Below are positions 26,530-35,580 of a DNA stretch of 64,000 nucleotides, piece after piece. Source of the stretch: Balamuthia mandrillaris. Its lineage: Eukaryota. The DNA is taken from positions 1 through 64,000 of the forward strand of contig JAVKOQ020000073.1 in the NCBI GenBank assembly GCA_031835245.2, given 5' to 3'. The translations under genes were made by a program, and so were the position numbers. A model generated the notes under the pieces. It was not told the origin of the DNA and ran no database searches. It saw nothing but the letters and a program-made list of their open reading frames with translations. Position 1 is the first letter of the stretch. The number at the start of each line of letters is the position of its first letter.

Positions 26530-29500
26530 TTACTTTCTGTATTTTCTTTCTTTTTCTTTGTTTTCTCTTTCTTCTTCTTCTTCTTCTTCTTTTTCTTCTT
26601 TTTCTTCTTTTTCTACTTCTTTACTTTTATCTTTTTCATTTTGTTGTGCTTTTGATTTTTTTTGGTTTTTGGGAGTAAGCTTTGGAAATTCCTCATCTTC
26701 CTCTTCAGATTGATTACTATCTTTTGGAACTTCATCATCTTCATCATCTGCTTTTTTTGGTACTAAATCATCTTTCAGAACTTTTTGTTTTTTCTTCCAA
26801 GCATTTAAGCCTTTTTGCACCTTGTTTCTATCTAACACAGTGGTTGCTAATAATTTTGCATGCTCTGCTATTTTGTAGCCCCAGAACCAGGAAACAAGGC
26901 CAAAAAATGACGCACTGCTAACATTTATAAATGTTTTAGTGCATTACCAAAAGAAACAAGAAAAGGAAAAACAAATGGATGAACTTACTTTCCAAACAAA
27001 CTGCAGGCAAACAACCTGTTGTGGGATTAAAGGCCAACACCACATCTTTAGGCTCTGTGAATGTGTTCAGCAAATAACGATACACATTTAAAGGAGGAAC
27101 AGGAGAAGAAGAGAGATTCGCCTGATCAGCCACTTGTCCTTCCTGAGCTTGAGGTCCCTTGATTGAAATCACCACTGAAGTTGGTTGCCATGTCTCCAAG
27201 GCCAACAGAGAAGAAGTAATCGAACTAGAATCATCTTGCAACTGTGTTTGACCTTTGTTCCACACTGCCACAAAGATGCCATTCTCACACCATTGTTGTT
27301 TGTTGTTATGATTGGAATGGTGAGGTTTGTACCAAAAAACAAGAACTGTTTCTAACTTCAAGTTAATCAAAAGCTGATGTAGCTTTTGTTTATAGGCATT
27401 GATTTGATTCATGGCCAAGTGCAAGTGATTAAAACAGGTAGTTATCAACAAAACCCTTTCCACATGATGGTCTGGGAAGAATGAGAGAAAATTAGACAGA
27501 CAGCAATCTGAGTTCTTTGGAAAAAATAACCCAAAAAAGACTTACTTTGGCAGTGTACTCCCAAGGAATCAAGCATCAAGGGAGCATGTGTTGGTAAATT
27601 ATCATAAATGATCACTTTGAACTTGGTAGAAGGGGAATGAGAAGCAAGCACGTCCTTTCCCCATTTGTTGAGTTGGTGGGCCAATTGTTTGGAGAGTTGA
27701 GGAGGAGTGTTGAGTTTGGGTCTGCCACGATGATGATTTTTTGCTTTTTTGGCCTGGTGTTTGGAAGAGGTCTTTGGTTGTTGTTTTTTGCTTTTTCTTT
27801 TTTTTTCCTTTCAATATCATGAAATGGTTTTGGTGAAGGAGGTGGAGAGGGTTGAGGTGTAGTGGTGTTTGAGTGGAATGGAGGAGAAGCTGGTTCATCA
27901 GAGGGTATGTGTTGCTAGCAGCAATGAATGAATAAATGAATGAAAGATAGCAAAAGGAAATGTTAGCTAAACTTCAATGCCATAGAAACCAATGCACTTT
28001 AGAAAAGGCATACTTGAATTGTGTGGTGAAAAGCAGTATTTCCAGATAAGCCTTGTTTCTCAAAGAACTCTTCATCATACTCGCCACTGTTCACCTGATC
28101 TTGGACTTCCTCCAAGTGGGCTAAAGGAATCTCTTTTTCAGTATGATACAATTCCAGTTCTTCATGCATAGCTTTTCGACCAATGTGTTTCCACATCTGC
28201 ATGTATGCACATTTCATGAGGAAAAGTAGTAGTGACAAGATAGAAAAAGAAAAGATTACAATGCGGCTTACCAATCTTTTGAAGTTGGTACAGAACATTC
28301 TTCCTTGGGATTCTCGAGGTGCCTTGCCCATATCTCTTTCAAGGCTGCCAACAAGGTTTCATCTGATAAGGAGCTTGGCATTTTCTCTCTCAAGTGGTAA
28401 AGAGTAAACACCCAGCCTCCCTTCTCTTTGTCCTTCTCCTGAATATAACTCCAAGACTCTGGGAATTTCTGCATTTTGTTTGCCACTGTTTTCAAACATC
28501 AAACACGATCAAAGGTGAGAGCACTATGGGCATCTTGGGAGGAAGTTTGCAAATTCTAAAATACAAAACCCACCTATCACAAAAGAGAGAAAATGAGCAA
28601 TCATTTCAGAAAGCTTGCCTGCAACCAAAGAAGGCCTACCAGATAATGGAACAGCTCCTCTGGTGTTTTCGTGAGATGATTATACACAAAACAGACCATA
28701 TCCAATTCTGTCTCTTGATTGACTCCTTTGGACAACACCAGGTTGTCCCAAGCAGACAACTTCCAAGAAATATGAGTAAGTCACCTTGTTAGAAAACAGA
28801 AAAAGCAACAGAAAACTCCAAGGTATTGTACCTTGTTCAAGACAGCCACACTTGGAAGTTGTTTGCCATCAAATGGCAGCACTTTGGCCCTCCAAGTTAA
28901 CTCCTTCAGCTTTGGGGAGTTTTCAGTACAATACATGGGCTGCTGCACATCGATGGTTACCTCCAAGACATACATATTCTTGTTGATTGCTTTCTGGATG
29001 CACCCACAAAGCTGAGGGCAGTTCCATCAATAATAAAGAAGAGTGTTCATCAAAAGACAAAATGCTGCCTGAGTTGAATGTGGCCAGCAGCTTGTTCAAC
29101 CCCTCCAGTTTTAGAGGTTGATGCCAACCTGATAAAACAAATGAAGTCAATGACAGTACAAAGTTAAAAGAAGGCATGAAAAACTGTGGAGGGTGTCCAC
29201 TGTGCAGCCAATGCCCTTCAACTAGTCAACAAGAGAGAAAAAGGCCAGAGGCATGAGCTGCGCTGTACAGCGCAGCCTATAACCTTTTCTTGCCAGCCAA
29301 ACAAGAAATTTAGGCAGCAGTTGTGATCTGCGCCATATGATGCAATCATCGCCCGAACTATAAAAGGAAAGTGTTGATCTGAAGGCTGATCTGCGCCCTC
29401 CGCTGCAGCCAACACCCTCCCTTCAAAAATACCAGAGGATTTGAAGGGCTGAGCTGTGTCATATGGCGCAATTAATGATTTCCCTTTTAAAGTAATGGAG

Positions 29501-30157
29501 GATTTGAAGGGCTGAGCTCTCCAGCGTAGCAAATGAGCTGAAGGGCTGATCTGCGCTGTATGCTGCAGCCAACACCATCCCTTCAAATAATAATTTGGGT
29601 GAGAGAAGAGAAAGGGCAAAAGTAGGATGAAGCTGGACTGGCCCTTCTCCCTTGAGGAAGAAAGAAGCAAGGCGAATAGTGGCCGTTCAGCCATTAACTA
29701 TAACACCAAAATAAAAGCACAAACCTTTCATAGTAATAGCTTTCAACGGAACCAAACGAGTTCCCTCCTGAAGCCAAGTTTGACAAAGTTCTGCCACCTT
29801 TTTGGTTTCCTTATCTGCACTATCCGGTGCACAAAATAGATGCACAGCTTCCAAGTCACTCTCACACAAAATCCAATCATTTTTTGTTGGAGCACTACAA
29901 TAAAAACCTCAATTGCTCACCAGAAAAACCAAAATGGAGAGCAAGTTGTTTTACCTATTGGACAGGGAGGAAGATGAGCCTTCATCTGTTTCCAAGAGGT
30001 CCGATGGTTGGTTGGAAGAAGGGTTCAACATAGGAGTTTGGAGCATTTGCAATTTGTGTGACAAGACAGATTTGGTGTCCTTGGTGGTCCATTGTCCACA
30101 GAGGTCCTCAATCCTTTGCCGCAGTTCTTTCACTGTCAATCTCTTGTTGTTCGACAT
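26530..30157 (-). pseudogene. Spliced gene: SAP/HeH-like motif + ParB/Sulfiredoxin-like domain + beta-class N4C/N6A DNA methyltransferase-like domain + acidic/basic tail
   Basis: N-terminus MSNNKRLTVKELRQRIEDLCG..TKSVL. A phase-1 intron at 29129-29724 joins TRLVPLKAITMK-G-WHQPLKLEGLNKLLATF, followed by EYVCLGGNHRCAAA (28950-28964), WRAKV and LSAWDN..TELD. Further down are DVL..KFKVIIYDNLP, LVFWYKP and PLNVYRYLLNTFTEPKDVVLAFNPTTGCLPAVCLE|.RHFLAL. Several frameshifts and stops are present. Confidence 0.62.
29195..29590. repeat. Palindrome cluster 1 (inside the long intron of the ParB/MTase-like gene)
   Basis: Perfect 20-bp palindrome GCTGCGCTGTACAGCGCAGC at 29257-29276. Variants start at 29328, 29391, 29454 and 29551, several preceded by AAGGGCTGA(T/G) or followed by GCAGCCAACAC. 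Confidence 0.85.
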
Positions 30158-30344
30158 AATCACAACAGCAAAAATAAAAAACAAGGAATATGTGTGAACG
30201 GTGTGAATGGTTGTGCACTTTTGTGACAAAATAAAATTTTGAGAGTTTGTTTTGCTTTTAGCTTTCTTTTTCTTCTTTCAAATTTCGTTTGATTGGTAGT
30301 CAAATCGTTGTGGTTTGCTGCAGACTTTGTGGAGGGCAACCAAT

Positions 30345-30795
30345 GACCCTTTTCTGCTCTCTTTTCTTTTGTATAGCTGGCATCAGCTGCGCTGTACAGT
30401 GCAGATTAGCCCTTTTGTATGACAGGCATGGGCTGCGCTGTACGGCGCAGATCAGCCTTTTTCCACAATTTTTTCTTTTGTATGGCAGGCATGGGCTGTG
30501 CTGTGTATTATACGGTGCAGATCAGCCCTTTTCTGCTCTTTTTTCTTTTGTATGGCTGGCATTGGCTACGCTGTGCAGCACAGATCAGCCCTCTTCAGCT
30601 TTGTCTACTATTGTATGGAAGGCATTGGCTATTCTTCCTATCCAATGAAAAGCAAATTTTTTCAAATTTTTCTAGCAAGCAAGAGTGTTGAGTGCATCAT
30701 ACAATGCAAAAGCGCCCTTTCCTTTCAACAAAGAATTTAGCAACCTTCATTGTGAAGGGCAGATCTTGTGCCGTACAGCACAGCCAATACCCTCT
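30345..30795. repeat. Palindrome cluster 2: imperfect ~46-70 bp tandem units between the divergent ParB/MTase-like and transposase genes
   Basis: The unit is approximately TTTTCTTTTGTATGGCAGGCATGGG-CTGCGCTGTACGGCGCAG-ATCAGCCCTT. Cores lie at 30387, 30433, 30496 and 30566, with a degenerate copy at 30692 and an inverted-flank copy at 30766. Confidence 0.85.
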
Positions 30796-30927
30796 TATAT
30801 CCTTTTGATTATTTATCTATTCTGCTGCCATTATTTTTCTTGTAAAGTGTTTAGCTTTTATTGATTCTTCTGGTTGACTTATGAGGTTTCTTTAGATAAG
30901 ACATCATTGCAGTAGAAAAAGAGCACC

Positions 30928-33140
30928 ATGGCCTTCCAACCACCATCCAAACTGAAAAGCACTGCACATCGGTTTTTTTAAGAGCAACATATCCGGACTT
31001 CAAACAGTTACTGCTGTCAACAATACTGTCTTACCAGCATTCCATCAGAGGATCGAGAGATGCGCACCTATTATTGGACACTGGACTCAGAACAAGCCAG
31101 AACCAAATTTCTTGTGGATTGCTTGCTTCTTTCTTATGGCCCTTATCAAGAGACCAGAGCTGTCAGCCCTCCAAGCAACGATTGCTTTTGGCTGGTCATC
31201 TGGTTTGTTACAAAGCAATCCAATTATGGCTGGCCCTTTCCAATAAGAAGTTTTATGCCTGCATGGACTTGTGGAAAACAGGAGCCACTTTACCTCTTCA
31301 TCACAATCGTGGCCTGGTTTGGCACTTCACCACCTATATGCAAACCAAAGCCTGGCTCACAGTGTACTTTGCCAATATGGGAGAATCCTTGCCAAACTCT
31401 GAAGTCATTCAGATTCCAATGATATTGAATCAAAAAGCCTTGTATCAAGAAATGGTATTAAGCCTGGGACATGACCAAAGCATCAGTTATGCATGCTTTT
31501 TGCAAATGTTGCATGAAGATTTCTTTTATGTCATTTTTCCAAGGTAAGCTTTGTTTTTTGAGAGAGTTTGTCAAAAGAAAGGAATGATTCATTGTTTTTA
31601 TTCTAATAACCTGTTAATGGATAATTGTTATTGCTTTATGTATTAGCAAACCAGATTAGGAAAATGTGATCAATGTGCTCAGCTTCTAGTTCGTTTTAAA
31701 CAATGCAAGAGTGTGGAGGCATTGCAAGGTTTACAAAAGGAACGAAGTGATCATTTGCACTTTGTTCGTTTACACAAAGAGAAGTATTACAAGCATCGTG
31801 CTAAAGCCAAAGCCTCTCCTTTCAAATACATTTCCATCATTATGGATTATACAGAGGCCATTCCTCTTCCCCATCATCATACTCCCCCAAAAGGCTGGAT
31901 CATCAAAAAGTTTATTGGTGTTTCTTGTTTCGGACTGATAGATCATGAGCATCATCATCGTTATCTGTGTTATCATTTTGATCAGTGGTCACGTGATGCC
32001 AATTTAGAAATCAGGCATTAATTTTACTTTCTCATACAAACATTACAACAACCCATTCAAGCCCATCCCAACCAAACCCTCTACCTTCAAGCTGACAACT
32101 GCTACAAAGAAAACAAAAACTAGTATTTATTGGCCTTTTTATGTTGGTTGGTGCATCTCAAGATGTTTTCCAAGATCTAACTTTGCTTTTTGCCACCTGG
32201 ACATACTTATGAAGATGTGAATCAAATGTTTTCCACCTTTTGTAAAGCATTACTCAAATTTGATATTGAAACCTTGGAGCAATTCTTTTCATTCATTAAC
32301 TCTTCTTATTTAACGGATGAAACTCGTCCAGAATGACATCCTTTGGAATGGATCTGGGATTTCAAAGGTTGGTTGCATCCTTTCATGGTAAATCTTGAAA
32401 ATAATTCCCAACTTCTATTTTTCAAATTATTATTTATCCCACTCCTACAATGACCTGCCCTCCAACATAGCCCATTTTATAAGTGAAATCCAACATTCAT
32501 GCTCCTTGGAGCAAACCGATTTCATTGGTAAAAGGATTTCCAAATCTATCTTGATATTCCACTCATATTCCTCATTTGATACCCAAATCTTGTGTAGAAG
32601 AAGAATGCATTCAAGGTACTCAATCTACTTTTTCCACTAGTACACTATGTATGTACAATGCTTACTTTTTATGTATAGGTTGGTGTTGCTTTCAGAGCAA
32701 ATAAACTTCTTATTACTACTACTACTACATTTTCCACTATTTTGCTTTCTTCCAAACTTCGCTTACAAGCATTGATTTATAATTTACAACACCCTTCATT
32801 CCCTTTGGATAATCCTTTTTTTACTTTGTTTCAACCTATGACTGCTTTAAATCGACAACATACTCCTTCATTCTCTGCATCCACTTCTTTGACTTCAGCT
32901 GCTTCCTCCTCTTCAATCAAATTTTCATCTCAAGTTATAACATCTGGTTGTGCTACTTGCATACCTTTCCATATTTTATCTAATCACATTTATGCTATTT
33001 GTCCAAAAGATGGTTCTTCAAAGGACTTTTGGCTTGCATTTGTTCATTCCACAACACCTCGTAAAGCTACTGTATTATAGTATACAAAACGAGGTCAACG
33101 CTATTTTTTACAAAAGGAAACTCAAAACATCATTGCAATT
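30928..33140 (+). pseudogene. DDE/D transposase pseudogene, Sola1/DUF7869-like
   Basis: Motifs CCQQYCL, RLGKCDQC...H, SIIMDY, TLYLQADNCYKENKN*YLLAFLCWLV, FLPPGHTYEDVNQMFS, WDFKGWL and C-terminal FWLAFV. There is an intron at ~31544-31646 and multiple stops and frameshifts. The superfamily assignment is from recalled motifs. Confidence 0.8.
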
Positions 33141-33389
33141 GTTGTTGTCATTGTTGTTGCCATTGCACTTGTTTATTTTGTCTACTATCTTTTTTATCTT
33201 CTCTTTTCTTGTTCTTCTTTTGTTGAAACAGGAACAAGTAACACACACAATGGCACACATACTTTGTTCAATTGTATTAGCAGTGTTTCTCACAAGTGTG
33301 GTAAGCTCGCTGAGGCAGGCATACTGTCCCTTTTCTAAGATAGTTGTGACAAGTGGCAAGTGTGGACTGATTATTGGCCAATGGTAATC

Positions 33390-34530
33390 GAGTTGAAGGA
33401 TTCATTTTAGAAGAATTGTGATAGGGTTTGGATGGAACAATGGAAGTGGAAGTCCTACTTAGAGGAAAATCACACAAGGAGATGGGGGGAGTACAAACAC
33501 AGGTTCAAGCTTTTCTTCAAAGAAGAGGAATGGAAGGCCATAGTGAGGAAAGGAAGCCATGGTGAACAGCAGATTTAACATCCTTGAACAAGCAGGTGGT
33601 GAAAGCCTATGCTCAGTGGCTGAGAGAAGGAAAGAATGATGGGAAGGCCAGAAAGGAGTTTGTAGAACTTAGTGAAGTTGTACAAAGCCAACAAATGGGA
33701 CTGGATGAAGGAAAGGAAACAAGAGAACTTTAAGGAAATGCAGAAATGGATTGGTAACATGTAGAGAATAGTGGCAAAGTGTAGAGCAGAGCCCAGGCAG
33801 TTATAGAGCACCATGGTAGTATGGCAGCTTTCAAGGAACATTGAGCAAAGCAAGGAAGGAAGGATTCTTCCATTGGGAGTTTGCATGGAGAGGAAACAGG
33901 TCCAGAAGGACCGTCTTGGTCTGGCAGCAACTGGCTTAAGAAGAAGAGCTTTAATCTTGCATAGAGGAAAAGAAGGAGGGTGAGCAAAGCAGCTTGAGTG
34001 GACAATATTGATGGGAAAATGATGAAGTATGGAGGTAAACATGTGCAAGATGCTACTTGAACACTGATCAAGGCCTTTGAGAACCAAGGTGTATTCCCTA
34101 AGGAGTGAAAATAGGGGGTGATTATCCCCTTGCATTAGGCAAGATATCCCCAGAATTCAGCAAACTATAGAGGAATTTCTCTTCTATGCAATGCAACCAA
34201 GGTGTTTATGGGAGCTATCTTGGTGTAGTTGAACATACAAGCAAGAGAGCAAGGGTAGATAATGCATTGCCAGAATGGATTTAGAAAAGGAAAAGGAGTC
34301 ATGGATCAAAGGTGGTAATTAAAGAAATACCTAATGAAAAGAAGTAAAGAACTTACTTATATTGCAGAGATTATGGGCAGCAAGAGCAAGTTGGAAGTAT
34401 GGAAGTTTTTCTGCATTTTATCAATCTTTGAAAGTAATGCAATAATAAGGAAAAGATAAAAAAGAAAAGGAGAAAGCAAAGGATAGCTAGATGATATAAA
34501 GTTAGTCTAAAGCTCATTCAACACCTTTCA
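33390..34530 (+). mobile_element. Decayed LINE ORF2 fragment, same family as 23700-25970 but opposite orientation
   Basis: 33685-33905 is the reverse complement of ~25740-25955 (shared GAGCACCATGGTAGTATGGCAGCTTTCAAGGAACATTGAGCAAA). Remnants IIPLH..ANYRGISLLCNATKV and QNGFRKGKG are visible. Confidence 0.8.
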
Positions 34531-35580
34531 CTTGTGAACTAACATAACAATTGGGAAGGCATTGAGGATGAGGGAGTAAGAGAAGTAAGAGTACACTATG
34601 TATGTACAATGCTTACTTTTTATGTATAGGTTGATATTGCTCTCAATAGTCATCAGAAGTTTTTATAAACTTCTTATGACTACTACTACTACAATTGTGG
34701 CCTTATATATTATCACAAGTTATCTAACTTGTATAGAAAGGCCAGTTCCTGTGCTGTATCGGTTCTTTGATCATATAACTTTCCTTTTATAATTCACAAG
34801 ATTGATCGCTTTCCTTTTATAGTTCGATTCTGATCTGCACAGATCAACTTTAGATCAAATACTTTCCTTTTATAGTTTGGGTGGTAATTGCACTGTACGG
34901 TGCAGAATAGTCAACTATTCAAATTTTTAAAGAAATAATTATATTTGTCAAAAAACAAAATTGTTTCCAATAGTATTCAAATGCAGAACCTTTCGATTAA
35001 TTTACTAACATCTTGTCCATTGCACTATTTTTACTTCATTACTTTTTCCCTCAATCATGTTGATAGTTATAGTAAGATATGTACCATAAATGGTGAGATT
35101 AAAAAGAAACACAGTACAAACAAAAAGGAGAATCTCCTTTTGCTTTTCACTTGGATTATATGGCAAAAAAAATTATTTTTCTATTCACAAAAATATTATT
35201 TTTCATTTTGTAAAAAGAATAAAAAAAAAGGTTTTCTTATTTCCAAAATTATTTTTTCCTTCAAAAAAAAATAATAAACACAAAAATAACTATATTTACA
35301 ATATATTCGGTACATATCTTACTATAACTATAAAATCAAAATTATATGATAAAATTCGTGGAGCAACTATTCAATGGACACCAACTTGATAACTAAAGGA
35401 AAAGACCTTTATTTAAGTGAAGAAAAGAGAGAAGGGAGAATGGGAAATTATTATGAAAAAGTGATATAACAAAACTTTCAATATAAACATTCAGTTTAAA
35501 ACAAAACTAGAACAAAATAAATAAGGCTCTTTATAAAACAAGTTAACTACAAAGTAAAAAAAGCAATTACAAACAAAAGT

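Larger units (their letters stand above)
25972..35360. mobile_element. Candidate large composite DNA transposon (transposase + divergent ParB/MTase-like cargo gene + palindrome arrays), decayed
   Basis: It starts where the LINE fragment stops, with the hairpin motif AAACACAGTATAAACAAAAAGGAGATCTCCTTTTG. A near-identical motif lies at 35107-35142. Shared repeat motifs occur at 29.2-30.8 kb and 34.75-34.9 kb. Boundaries are inferred and no TSD was identified. Confidence 0.55.

Noticed and set aside
30345..30630. CRISPR-like appearance of regularly spaced palindromic repeats
   Set aside because: The intervening sequences are related T-rich sequences rather than unique spacers, spacing is irregular, no cas genes are present, and the context is eukaryotic.
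25600..34260. Inverted ~350-bp homology (25600-25970 vs 33685-34260) as long TIRs of the central element
   Set aside because: Both arms encode LINE RT sequence, differ by many substitutions and a ~215-bp indel, and element-specific repeats continue beyond the right arm.
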